Below the pieces are notes generated by a model that did no database searches, had not been told where the DNA came from, and saw only the letters and a list, made by a program, of their open reading frames with translations. DNA of 63,460 nucleotides, counting the filler. It is 8 parts of 8 records of this genome, joined end to end, with 100 filler letters (N's around TTAATTAATTAA, not from the genome) between each part and the next. Parts side by side here need not be neighbours in the genome. Positions count along the whole stretch, not along the records: positions 9,196 to 13,332 come from SRR7504441_3051; positions 13,433 to 23,028 come from SRR7504441_3058; 6 more parts are not named here. One strand, given 5' to 3'. Positions 11,557 through 23,005 of the stretch are shown here, piece after piece; position 1 is the stretch's first letter, and the number at the start of each line of letters is the position of its first letter. The translations under genes and the position numbers were made by a program.

Positions 11557-13230
11557 CTAGAGCAAGGTACTGTTGCGTTTGATGCGCGATGCAGGCCACT
11601 CTCCTAGCCACTGCCACCCGTCTATGACCACCATTGATTTGACCTCAAATGTCAACAAATTGTCCAGTCCACCCGAGATCAGTCCGGCCTCTGCGACTGC
11701 CTCGGCTGGATGGAGCGCCTGGCATATATTCAATGCGCCTCGGAGGACCCTGCCCTTTATGTCGCGGTCGAGCGCAGCTTCGCAACGGAAACTGGGCGAG
11801 TGGTTCACCTCCAGGAGCCACGGGTTTAAGTGCTCGTCGATCAACATATCAAATCCGAGAACTTCAAAACACCGACAAGGTGCGCCGGTCGCCTCATGTG
11901 GCACACATCGGCGATATGTGTTGCACAGCTCTAAATGAGCTGAGAGAAGAGTATGGGCTGCCAGCCCAGCCATCGATGCCCAAAGTTCTGCTGAGTCGCA
12001 CTTGGTGGTCTCTGCTAGCCATTGCATCAGCCACCTCACACTGCGTTTATTGCCCTCTGCGCCCTCTGTCCCGTCAGTGTGGTCGTAGTCAGCATGCGTT
12101 TTGTTGACTGCATAGTTTGTCAGATGCACACACGAGTTGGAGAGATTGCCACTGCATGGTACCTCATAAGGCTCCGCGCATATCCTGACCAATCCGTCGT
12201 GAAAGAACCACAGCCGCAGCGGGTCGACGTGACTCACGAGCAAGTAAAGCCTGACATCAAACTTGCACCCGTCAATAAGCAGAGGATTTCCAATGTAACT
12301 CTGCGCCACTCCCTTCCGCCGCAGCAAACTCCGGGGTGGCATCCCGCGGCACAACACAATCCCCTTGCCCTGCGAGCCAGTATTCGGCTTCACAATCAGC
12401 GTCCTGTTCGTATCCGCTTGGCACCACCGTTCCAGCCTCACAGATTCTTTAGGGAGCAGCCAGGTCATCGGCGTCCGCATCAGCTCGTGCGGCTCACAGG
12501 CCTCATTCCACTGACGTGCCCTCTTGGCCAGCGACTGCTTGCGGCAAATGCTCAGCATGCCAGCAAAGTGGTTCACCTGCTGCCCATGGTCCAGCCTCAT
12601 CACCACCCCCTCCCCCACACTGCTGTCCTGCCAGGTCACGTCCGGCTTATCCCGGCTCTTCTCCCGGCTGGAGCGCACGTCGAGCGGCTGGAACACGTCG
12701 ACGTACCCTACAGCCCGAGCACTGCTCCGCACAGCGTCATAGTTGCACTTGGCGGTGCAGATCCTCAGCCGACGCCGGGAGCTCTGGCGGACCACCGCTA
12801 TCCCTTGGTCCAGCTTGTGTGGGAGCGAGTGCCGCCTGGGGCCTAAGTTGCCCGGTCTTGGCTGGTCCACCCGGGGCAGCGGCAGCACGCTGGTGGGGGA
12901 CGGGGTGGCTGATTTGGTCTTCTTGGCCCTCCGGTGTGGGCTGACAAAGGGGAGGGGGTGCGGCTCCGGGCCGCTGAGAGAGATCGGGGCCGGGGCGGCC
13001 GGGGGCGGCCGGGTGGCCTTGCCGAGCAGGTTTGCGGCCTTGCCGCCGTGCCAGGCCGAAGCCTCCAGCGCGGCGATGATGGCGGTGCGCGCGAGGGTAG
13101 GGAAGCGGAGGATGAGGTTGGTCAGTATCTGGTCGCGAGGGAGGCAGTTCCTGCAGTCCATTATGGTGGCCGGCCGCTCCGGTAGCGGGTGGGCTAGCGG
13201 CTCCAGGGCCGTGCCCTTCAATGCATGCAT
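11557..13230 (-). CDS. Tubulin-tyrosine ligase-like polyglutamylase (TTLL6/7/13-like) with an N-terminal CUE-like domain
   Basis: TTL motifs VNHFAGMLSICRK, IVKPNTGSQGKGI, QSYIGNPLLIDGCKFDVRLY, HLTNYAVNK and CFEVLGFDMLIDEHLNPWLLEVNHSPSF. Exact start and 3' end are uncertain. Confidence 0.9.
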   Translation of the reverse strand: MHALKGTALEPLAHPLPERPATIMDCRNCLPRDQILTNLILRFPTLARTAIIAALEASAWHGGKAANLLGKATRPPPAAPAPISLSGPEPHPLPFVSPHRRAKKTKSATPSPTSVLPLPRVDQPRPGNLGPRRHSLPHKLDQGIAVVRQSSRRRLRICTAKCNYDAVRSSARAVGYVDVFQPLDVRSSREKSRDKPDVTWQDSSVGEGVVMRLDHGQQVNHFAGMLSICRKQSLAKRARQWNEACEPHELMRTPMTWLLPKESVRLERWCQADTNRTLIVKPNTGSQGKGIVLCRGMPPRSLLRRKGVAQSYIGNPLLIDGCKFDVRLYLLVSHVDPLRLWFFHDGLVRICAEPYEVPCSGNLSNSCVHLTNYAVNKTHADYDHTDGTEGAEGNKRSVRWLMQWLAETTKCDSAELWASMAGLAAHTLLSAHLELCNTYRRCVPHEATGAPCRCFEVLGFDMLIDEHLNPWLLEVNHSPSFRCEAALDRDIKGRVLRGALNICQALHPAEAVAEAGLISGGLDNLLTFEVKSMVVIDGWQWLGEWPASRIKRNSTLL

Positions 13231-14084
13231 GATTATGTACGGCTATAGCCCTTTCCATGGCCGGGACCCCATGCAGGGAGGAATGTGCCGACTTTGGCCT
13301 GTCAGGTTCGGATGAGTTTCTGGGTGGTTGATNNNNNNNNNNNNNNNNNNNNNNNNNNNNNNNNNNNNNNNNNNNNTTAATTAATTAANNNNNNNNNNNN
13401 NNNNNNNNNNNNNNNNNNNNNNNNNNNNNNNNCGCCGTGGCGTGCATATACCTAGACCGGTCGGGACTGGAATCCAGTGGGTGCCGGTGTCGCGAGCCAC
13501 CTGCTGCCGCTGATCGAGCGGCCGGCAGGGCCACGGCCCGGCGGCGCCCCCGAGTCAGGCGGGGCGGGGTCAGGGCTGCCTCCGGAGCGGAACGTCTCAT
13601 GTCCCATCCGGGAATGGGGCCCTCATCTTTACCATCGCCCCCATCGCCCATCGCGTTGGGTGCCTGCCGGACGGTCAGTCAAGCGGCCGCAGCGGGGATT
13701 GTTCGCTATAGGCGCGTACAAGGAGGAGAGCGATGCCGAGGAGTGCGAGCTAGCCTGCGGCAAGTGGCAAGGCCAATGGTACCTACGAGTGAGCGCTTTA
13801 ATAATTAAGAAGCACTCTAGATACTCGTACACGAGTATCATTAGTTACATACCAGTTACAGGACTTGCCGTGGTCTAAGTGCTTGATTGACCACTTGAGT
13901 TCATCGGAGTTAATTCTTACTGTAAGCTTACATGATTGTACTTCTGAATAAATACGGAGATCAGACCCTCGTCTTCACTTATGGTAAGTCAATGGCTTCT
14001 AATCGTTTAATCACAAGCCGTCACCTAGTCCAAACTCGTCCATGGCTGGAGCAAGCTTGCGAGGCTCTAGCTAGGCTCGAATTC

Positions 14085-15725
14085 TCACGGGCCCGATTGC
14101 AACAGCTCCGCCACCTGTCCCCGGGCTGGCACGCGAGCAGCCGACCGCGCACCTTCCGTAATTCCACTTGCTCAGCGTACTCGTCCGCATCCACTGCCAG
14201 CCAGCTCAGCCGATAGCTGCAGACCGCCGCGCCTTCCTCTGCGCTATCATTGTCCGAGTCGGCGTTTGGCTCGGGCTCTGGGCCACCAATCAACACCTCG
14301 CCCTTGGCTGCGCGCTCAATCTCGCTCTGGTTATTTAGATCCTGCTCGAATTGCCGCATCGAGTCGGCTTTGAGCTGCTCCATCTCGGCCGCCTGGCCCG
14401 GATAGTTTGGGCTCAGCCAGGCCAAGGGCACCTTGGCCGCTTTCCGCTGTTCCAGATCAGGCCTATAGTTCTGCCAATCCAGTTAGAGATGCTGTGTGTA
14501 AAGCACACCTTGGCGTACTCTGCCGCTGCCTGGTCAATCGCCACAAACAAAGAGTCCATCCCGGCGCCTGCACAGACTCAGCCGGCCCCCGGCCCGGCCA
14601 GCCACCGGACACGGCCGACAGCCCAACAGCCTTGAGCGTCTCATAGAACTCATCCAGAACCTATACAGGCCCAGCAGTCGGCTGGCAGCCGAATAGCGCG
14701 GCGCACCAGGCTCTGAGAGTGGCACAGGTCGCTTAAATACGATGTCTCGGTCTGGAGTGCGTCCTGTCCGCCGGCTCAGGGGCGGGGATGCTGTTGGGAT
14801 TGCTTGGAACGCCTCGCAGTCGGTCATCCAGCTGAGGCAAGTCTCGTGAGACACCACATCGATCTTATTGAACACGAGCACCATCGGCAGCTTCATTTTG
14901 TACATGATGCTGGCCCGGGCTCAGGCCTAGACTCTGGGGCCACGGCTCGCCTGCATGCGTATAGCATGTTGCTCATAAAAGTGATTGCGGACTGGCAGCT
15001 GCCCGGCCTCCCAGCTGCCCAGCCCGGCCGCCGCACCGGCACGTGTCCACCACGTACAGCAGCACTGTAGGGAACGAGGAGGCAAGCAGCTCCGTCACGA
15101 TCGCGCCTGGCGCTGCTCAGCTCGAGAGCCCAGCCACCCACCGGAGGCCGACCAGGTGAAGATTTCTATCTGGCCGGGCGTGTCCACTAGAATGTGCCTG
15201 CCACAGCTCAGGCCGGCTGCGGGCGGGGCCGGCGGGCACTCGAGCTCGCCTTTGGCCGCCCGGCTCTCGGCGAACTTTAGAACTTGATCGAACCTGCGGC
15301 CGGCTAGCCGCCGGGCGCCGGGGCCGGGCGCCTGGTTGCAAAGAGATTGAGCGAGGTGAGGATCCCGCCGTTGGGTCCCAGCGAGTACCTGCCCGGGTTG
15401 GGGGTCGGCCGGCCCGGGCCGCACTGTTTCATAACTTGCTTGTAGTTGACTGTGTCCCTGATGTCGATGCTCGCGTTGAACGGGACCTGCCGGACGGCTC
15501 GGGACGCAGGGCACGGCCGGCTGCCTCCAGCACGGCTGGGTCTAGGTTGATCATGTAAGACTTGTCGCCGTGCGCGTGCGAGTACGAGTCCAGGGCCTGA
15601 GGCGGCTCAGCCGAGCCCGGGGGGGCGCCCGCCTGCATCAGGGTGGTCTTGCCGCTGCCGGCCATCCCGATCACGATGCACGCCACCGGACTCGCCCCGC
15701 CGCCCGGTTCAGCCGTCGCAGCCAT
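14085..15725 (-). CDS. GPN1: GPN-loop GTPase 1, about 15 short introns
   Basis: Spliced translation gives [10 protein letters not shown] (P-loop), [36 protein letters not shown] (GPN loop), [36 protein letters not shown] and FNKID. The acidic tail and stop are less certain. Confidence 0.93.
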
Positions 15726-15877
15726 CAGGTTTCGGCGGGGCGGCACAGTGCCAGCTTCCGCGCGAACCCAGCTGATCCGTTACTGACAGCTGTCGCGCGG
15801 CGCTCGAGACAGGCCCACTCGCGACTACTCGGTCGACCGGCTGCAAGTGTAGCACCGACACAGACCGCTGGGCCGAG

Positions 15878-18800
15878 ATGCCGCCGAAGAAAAAGCAGGA
15901 CAAGTCGCAGACGCTGCCGCCCAAAGAAGCGGCACTCTTCAAGCAAGTCGTGGTGCCAGCCCGGCCGGCGGCTGGGCGGCTCACCGGGCGAATCCGCAGC
16001 AATTCTACGAGAGGAAACAGTACAAGAAAGGGATCAAGGCGGCCGACTCGATACTCAAGAAACACCCGGAGCATGGCGGTGCCGCCTGCGCCCGCTGCCC
16101 GGCCGAGCGAACCGGTGCAGAGACACTGGCTATGAAGGGGCTGACAATCAATTGTCTGGGAGACGACAAGAAGGAGGAAGCTTACGAGCTGGTCAAGAAG
16201 GTGCTGGCGGGCGGGGCGGGCGGCTGAGCTGGCGCGCAGGGGATCAAGTTCAACATGATGAGCCACGTCTGCTGGCACGTCTATGGCCTCCTGTACCGCT
16301 CGGACCGCAACTACACTGCGGCGATCAAATCGTACAGCCAAGCGCTGCGGATGGACAAGGTGTGCCGGCCGGGTGGGCAGCGCGCGATGGGGCGGGGCAG
16401 GACAATCTTCAGATCCTACGTGACCTGGCGCTGCTGCAGATCCACATGAGGGACCTCAGGGGAGGGATCAAAACGAGGCAACAGGCCCCCGCTGGCGCAG
16501 CGGTGAGCGCTGCGGGCAGGCACACGCTGCTCACGCTGAAGCCGACGCAGCGGGCCAACTGGATGGGCTACGCGATGGCGAATCACATGCTGCGCAGGTT
16601 TCAGACTGCGATCAAGGTGAGGCTGGCTGCCAGGCGGTCAGTCAGCCGAGCCGCAGGTGCTCGAATCGTACGAGAACATCGGGGACGAGAGCGACGGGCC
16701 CTACGAGATCAGCGAGCTGATTTTGTACAAGGCCACTATCCTAAGCGAAGCTGGCGAGCTGGCTGCGGCGTACGACACACTGAAGGTCGGCTGCGGCACG
16801 ATGTCGGCTGAGCGTGTGCTGACAGAAGTCTGAGGACAAAATCAGAGATAAGCTGGCGGCCGACGAGCTGGCGGCCGAGCTGCTGCTCCAGCTGGAGCGA
16901 TACCCGGAGGCGGCTGAGGCGTATCGGGGGATGATAGACCGCAATGTCGATAACCTCAACTACCACGAAGGACTGCGCAAGGCGATCGACGGCGGCGGAT
17001 CGGGCGAGTCGCGCCTGGAGGTGTACACTGCGCTCCGGACCAAGTTCCCGAAGTCGAATGCGCCGCTTCGGATTTGCCTGGACTTTACGTGCGGGGAGGC
17101 GTTTAAGAGCCACGCCGACATGTGCCGCGCCCGGCTGGTGCAGGCTGACGGCGTGTGGCAGTTACATCCGGAAGTTCCTCCGGCGCGGGATCCAGTCACT
17201 CTTCTCCGACCTCAAGCCACTTTACAAGGACGAGGCCAAGGTGAGTCGCTCAATCGAGTGCGGCTGAGCACAGCGCAGGTGGGGCTGCTGTCTGCACTGT
17301 ACGCCGAGCTGTTGGCGAGCTTGGAGGCGGACGGGAAGTTCCCGGCCTCGGAGACCGAGCCGGAGCCGCCGCAGGAGGGGCCGATGGTGATCATGTGGCT
17401 GCTGCTGCTGCTGGCCAACCATTACGACGTGGTTGGCGAACCGATCAAGGCACTCGAATGTGTGAACAGGGGGATCGAGCACACGCCCACCTGCATCGAG
17501 CTGCAGCTGTGCAAGGCCCGGGTGCTTAAGCACCACGGCGACATGGCGCAGGCAGTTGAGGTGATAGACAAGGCTCGGGGGATGGACCTTGCTGACCGGT
17601 ACCTCAACACTCGCTGCACAGTCTATATGCTGCGGGCTGACCAGGCCGAGCGGGCCGAGAAGGTGGTGGTGCTGTTCACCAAGGAGGAGCTGACGGGGGG
17701 GACCAACTTGTATGATATGCAGTGCATGTGGTGGGAGACTGAGAGTGGCCGGTCGTATATCCGGCAGGGCCGGTGGGCCGAGGCTCTCAAGAAGCTGACA
17801 GCGGTCGAGAAGCATTTCGAAGATATCCATGAGGATCAGTTTGACTTCCACTCGTACTGCCTGCGGAAGATGACACTCCGGTCGTACATGGCGATGCTCC
17901 GAACGCAGGACAAGGTGAGGACAAACAAATTCTTCCTCCGGGCGGCCCAGTCTGTGGTCGAGATCTGTCTACACCTGCATGAGCACCCGCCAGCGACTGA
18001 GGTCGAGGAGAGCATGGAGGGCCTGACGCTTCAGGAGAAGAAGAAGCTGCTTAAGAAGAAGGCCAAGGAGGAGAAGCGCAAGGCCGAGGCACTGGAGAAG
18101 GCAAAGCAGGAAGCGGCCAAGAATAAGCGCAGAGGGCCGATTGATGAGGATCCGAATGGCGATCAGCTGTTAAAGGACACGATGGAGCAGGGACCGCTCA
18201 AGCTAGCCTCTAAGTATGTGCTTTTGCTCCAGCAAGCCTGGCCAGGGAAGGTTGTTACGCACGTGCTTGCGTACAAACTATACAGAACACTCAACAAGCC
18301 GCTGCTCTGTGCCCAGGCAGTGCTGCGAGGCTCCGCGCTGGACCCGGCAGACCCCGAGCTGCATGGCTGCCTGGTCGACTTTTGTGAGCTCGAGCTCGCG
18401 GAGGACACTGTGCCAATGGTGGCCGAGGTGGTGGCCGAGGTGCGGCCGACGGGACAGGGGCGGCGTCTGATAGCAATGGCTAGGTGAAACAAGAGATCTT
18501 GGCAGGGCCCGGCAGTCTAGCCAGCCTAGTGACAACGTACAGAGAGGAGCACGGCTGCAGCTCCGCTGCGCACAAGATGGCCGCGGTCGCCTCTTGGTGA
18601 GTCTGGGCCACTGACCACGGCCTGAGCCTGACCCAGGCTACGGATGGACGCCGCTGCGCAAGACAGCGCCGTGCAGTTCCTTGCCGATCCGCAATTCCTC
18701 AACGAGAAGGCAAGCCGCGCCCGCGGGCAGCCTGCGAGCTGCAGGCAGGTGGGGTGGGCCGATGCGATCAAGATGCATCAGCAGCTTCAGGGTCTAGTCG

Positions 18801-18907
18801 GCGGCGAGGACGCCAGGACCACGGCGTTCCACAAGGCCAGCGCCGCCAAGTTCCCGCTCTCTACCTACTTCAATCCAGCCGAACCGGGGGCGGCATCGGA
18901 GGCGTAG
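15878..18907 (+). CDS. NAA15: N-terminal acetyltransferase A auxiliary subunit (NAA15/NAA16/Nat1), multi-exon
   Basis: [85 protein letters not shown] and C-terminal FPLSTYF; stop TAG ends at 18907. Confidence 0.95.
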
Positions 18908-19227
18908 AACGCGGCTTGAGGATGGCGAGCGTGAGGGCACGCAGTGGCTGGTGCGACTCGCTAGCTACTCACGCCGGGTGTCTTTATGTGGTCTCGACTA
19001 GTCTCGACCAGCCGGATCATGTTCAAGATTCAAATGCGAATAATAAACTAAATCGTAATGTAAGTACTTACTCCAACCCCACCCGTGTGTGCCCACGTGC
19101 TCGTGCTGCTACATACATGTGCCGGTGCATGCACTAACCGGTCTAACCCCCCTCTCCTACGTGTACCTGGTACTGTAGACTCTAGATCTACGTGTACATC
19201 TAATCTGCGCCAGTTGCCAATTTAACG

Positions 19228-20906
19228 ATGCATCTCCGAACCGACGCAGCCACGTCAGCCGACGCAGCCACAGCGTCGGACGCAGTCACAGCGTCGGACG
19301 GAGCCATGTCAGCTGGGCGCGACCTTCACACCTCTCCTGAGCAGACCGTGCGGCAGCTGTCCGAGCACAAGTCCGAGCAGGACATGCCCGTGGCCTTCAT
19401 AAGCCACGGCGCAGGGCCCTGCTTCTTCATCCGCGATTTCTGGCGCACCCAATCCGACCCAGGCATTGGGGTGGGCTCGCCGACAGCCGACTTCCTCTCG
19501 TCAATCGCGCAAGCCTTCCCCCGGCCCCGCGCCATCCTCTGCGTGAGCGCGCACTGGGAGTCCAACAAGTCTCGGCTGGCGGTCTCCTCCAGTCGGGCGC
19601 CCGGTATGATCTTTGACTACGGCGGATTCCCGGAGCACACGTACAGGCTAAACTACCCAGCCCCGGGCGACCCGGAGCTCGCCGACCGGGTTGCCGACCT
19701 GCTTACCAAAGGTGGGCTGCCGTGCGAGCCAGAGGATCGCGGATTTGACCACGGAGCGTTCGTACCGCTGCTGCTCATGTACCCTGATGCGGACATCCCG
19801 GTGGTGACCCTGTCCATCCACGGGGGGTACGACGGCCCGGTCCACCTGCGGATGGGCGAGCTGCTCCGACCGCTCCGGCGGGAGGGCGTGCTGATCATGG
19901 GCAGTGGGTCGGCCTCGCATAGCACCAGGGATCCGGCCAAGGTACCTGAGTGGCACCGCTGGATCACAGAGACCCTGTGCGAACTCCCACCCGGTGAGCG
20001 GCAAGCCCGGCTGTCGGACTACCAGGACAGCGCTATCTGCAGTGCGGCGCACCCCCGGCCTGATCATTTGATGCCCCTGCTGGTGGCAGTGGGGGCCGCA
20101 GGGCAGCATCCAGGATACAAGGTCCACGCTCGGATGGCCGCCTTAGACCTGTCCTCGTTCGTATTCTCGTCAGCACTCGATCAGAACCGGCAGCCGGCTG
20201 CGACCGATCCGGCCTCAATGGCAGTGGCCTGGGCGGTGGCTAATAGCCGAGCCGGGGACCCCGAGGGCACGCTCAATGCACTAGATAGGTTCGGGTGGGA
20301 GCAGCAGTGGCTGATGAACGTCGGCGACCGCAAGGGCCAGATCCTGGACTCGGCGGTGCGTCAGGCGCTGGCTGAAACCGACGGGCCGGTGACCGCGCTG
20401 GAGCTTGGGGCGTTTGTGGGGTACTCTGCAGTGCGGATAGCTCGGATCCTGGCGACAGTGCCGGGGAGTCGCTTGATTTCAGTGGAGTCGGAGGCGAGGC
20501 ACGTGGCGCTGGCCCGACGAGTAGTGAAGCACGCCGGGCTGGAGCACGTGGTGCTGGTGGTGCACGCGCCGTCGGGCGAAGCGGTGCGAGGGTTTGTGGA
20601 GCGCAAGGCTGAGTTTGAACTCGTGTTTCTGGACCATCTGAAGGATCTCTACTCGCCAGACGCGCAGGCACTCCAACAAGGCGGCTGCCTGCTCCCAGGC
20701 CGGTCCGTGCTGGTGGCGTTTTCCCGGGCTGCCCGGAGTATCTGGATTGGGTTCGCCAGTGCGGTTTGTTTGAGTCGAAATTTCACGAGGCCGAGTTGGA
20801 ATACACTGAGCGAGGGGGCAAGTGGCAGGTTTACGGGAAGGCCAAGGACCAAGCCTTCCCGGATGGGGTGGAGGTCTCGCGCTATCTGGGCCCGGCGCCG
20901 GAATAG
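19228..20906 (+). CDS. Fusion of a LigB/DODA-type extradiol ring-cleavage dioxygenase and a catechol O-methyltransferase; intronless, frameshifted at ~20719
   Basis: N-half: FISHGAGP, SAHW, IFDYGGFP, RGFDHGAFVPL, GSGSASH, HPRPDHLMPL. C-half: WLMNVGDRKGQILD, LELGAFVGYSAVRIAR, VFLDHLKDLY. The COMT C-terminus FPGCPEYLDWVR...LEY...DGVEVSRYLGP continues in another frame from 20721 to TAG at 20904-20906. Confidence 0.85.
19242..19313 (+). repeat. Four imperfect 18-nt tandem repeats encoding DA(A/V)T(S/A)(A/S)-like units
   Basis: cgacgcagccacgtcagc / cgacgcagccacagcgtc / ggacgcagtcacagcgtc / ggacggagccatgtcagc. Confidence 0.85.
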
Positions 20907-21175
20907 TCACAATCAAAGATAATAAAAGCGATTTATGAAAAACAACAGTAACATTTGTATTAACTAATCTAAAAGTTCTCACCGCCCAAGATCCCCAAGT
21001 GATAAGTGCTCAGTGATTGCTCGCGAGGTACGGAGCTGGCAGGCATGGAAGGTACACTATAGTGCTTGCGCAGCAGGCAGTACATCTGTAGAACAACGCA
21101 CTTATCACTGGCTCACGCATCGGTTGGCACGAAGGCTGCTCTGTGACGACCAAGCTCGCGTGCGAAGAAGGTTAC

Positions 21176-23005
21176 CTACGGTCCGCTGAGGAGCTCCCCA
21201 AGAGAAACCATTTGGCGCAGCTTGAGCCACTTTTCACTAGCTATAAAGTAGTCCACAAAAGCCTGATCGTCGCTGCTGGTGCTCTTTATGTGCCCCATCG
21301 GGAAGTACAACGACACAAACTGGCCGACTAACGGAAACTGCTCCAGCGAGCTGGTGTTGTTGTTGTCCGCCAGCGCGCTGGCCGGCACTAGATTGTAGAC
21401 TGGCTCAGACCTGGTCGCGAACTCGCTGACTGACTCAGGCTTGGCCCGCACCCCCAGCGGTTCCAGCCTTTTCAGCTGGGCAGCGATCGGCGCATTGGCC
21501 GGATCATACGACACAGTCACCGCCTCGAATGCGTTGGTCACAAAGAAGGGCAGCAGCGTGGGCGCCAGCTCGTCAAAGACCGTGTCGCTCTCGCATCGAA
21601 GCACCGTGTCTTGCCCATTGAGCGGCGGTCGCTGCAACCCAAACAGAATCGTCCTGTCCGGACCGCCGGTATGCTTGCCGTCCCCGCGCTGCGGCCCGAC
21701 CGCGTCGGCTAGGTGCTCGAGCAGCTGAAGGCAGAAGCCACGGACAGCTGGCCGCTGGATCAGATCTAGTATCTGAATGCTGAACGCGAGCTCGGTAGGC
21801 GGGGCACTACAGGCCTTTTTGGCAAGGAACGCCGGAGTGTAGTGCGCGTTGTACGCGGGAGTGGGCGACGGGATGATCACTGGGTAGCGGGTGTAACGAG
21901 AAAGCTGGCTGCGAACTGGAAACTCACCGAAAACCTCGCCCTCCTGCGGCCTAGCCTGGCATGTGAGCGCTGGGTTGCCTTCGCTCCCGACCGTGTAAAC
22001 CACCTGACTGGTCTGCTCGAACAGCTGGCGAGCGTAACTCAAGTCCCCGCCGACCGTGTTCATCGCCAGCGATATAGGCTGGTTCCGGACCAGCCAGCCC
22101 GCCAGCTGCTCCATCTGCTCCTGCCCTCCAAACTGCTCCACAGAGGTCACATCCACATAAGTCATCCGCCACTGCTCGTTGATCCCATCAGGCGGGAGCT
22201 CAGAGCCCAGCTTGTAGCATATGTTCCCGTCCTTGCCGGCCGCAGTGTACCCAGCCTCCTGCTCGAACGGCGCTGAATCGAACACACCGGCAAAGGCGCC
22301 GTTCCGAAGCGCGTCTGCAGGAGTGCTCACTGTTGGGGCGTCGACGAACATGCGCTCCATGTCGGCCGGGGTGGTCCCGCCCACGAAGGCGTGCCGGAGC
22401 GCGGTGCACTGGCCCGAGTTTTCTATCATTGCGGAGAGCTGCACGGCGTCACTGATCTCCGAAGTCATCTTCGGTGCAACCAGTGTGTTTGGGCCGCCAG
22501 TCGAGCTGATCACGTTGGGGTGGGTCTGCTTGACGGACTCGGCAACCTCGCGGCTGCTGGTGATGTACATCGTGCCGTCCGGGCAGGCGGCGAACATCTT
22601 GTGCACCTCTGGGATTGTGCATGCAGCGTACGTGACCAGCCCTGTGTCGACCCCGTGCTTTTTCATCAGCCCGAGCAGCAGATCAGCCCAACGGAACATG
22701 TGCTGGGTGGTGTTTGAGCGGGAGAGCACTACCACCGGCACCCCGAGCTCGATGTTCCGTAGCGTCTTGCGCGAGAGATCCAGGAAGTTGGAGAAATTGG
22801 AAACGCACCCGACATACGCGACCGCCCTGCAGATCTCTACTCTCCCAGCCACCTCGTCGGCCAGCAGCAGATCGTTCAGCCGGCGCTCGACCAGGTTGGC
22901 CTGGACTGACTCCTCGATCTCGGTCACGCCGTCCTGCTTCCTAAAGTCCAGCGCCTGGTTCCCGATCAGCTCGGCCGCGTGCTCAGCAAACAACTCCGCC
23001 TCCAC
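21176..23005 (-). CDS. Aldehyde dehydrogenase-superfamily protein (divergent), 5' truncated at the contig edge
   Basis: 609-aa ORF with CVSNFSNF, STGGPNTLV (cf. ELGGKNP) and IENSGQCTALR (catalytic-Cys loop, cf. xGQxCxA); preceded by an intron acceptor ...ggcggcag. Confidence 0.65.
   Translation of the reverse strand: MEAELFAEHAAELIGNQALDFRKQDGVTEIEESVQANLVERRLNDLLLADEVAGRVEICRAVAYVGCVSNFSNFLDLSRKTLRNIELGVPVVVLSRSNTTQHMFRWADLLLGLMKKHGVDTGLVTYAACTIPEVHKMFAACPDGTMYITSSREVAESVKQTHPNVISSTGGPNTLVAPKMTSEISDAVQLSAMIENSGQCTALRHAFVGGTTPADMERMFVDAPTVSTPADALRNGAFAGVFDSAPFEQEAGYTAAGKDGNICYKLGSELPPDGINEQWRMTYVDVTSVEQFGGQEQMEQLAGWLVRNQPISLAMNTVGGDLSYARQLFEQTSQVVYTVGSEGNPALTCQARPQEGEVFGEFPVRSQLSRYTRYPVIIPSPTPAYNAHYTPAFLAKKACSAPPTELAFSIQILDLIQRPAVRGFCLQLLEHLADAVGPQRGDGKHTGGPDRTILFGLQRPPLNGQDTVLRCESDTVFDELAPTLLPFFVTNAFEAVTVSYDPANAPIAAQLKRLEPLGVRAKPESVSEFATRSEPVYNLVPASALADNNNTSSLEQFPLVGQFVSLYFPMGHIKSTSSDDQAFVDYFIASEKWLKLRQMVSLGELLSGP

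Noticed and set aside
13433-13880. Possible 3' end of a gene at the contig start (VACIYLDR..., GLFAIGAYKEESDAEECELACGKWQGQWY)
   Set aside because: Too short and the splice structure is ambiguous; no product can be supported.
14085-18907. Short introns as Introner-type transposable elements
   Set aside because: They share length and GC richness, but I saw no shared internal sequence, terminal inverted repeats or target-site duplications. An all-versus-all intron alignment would be the formal test.
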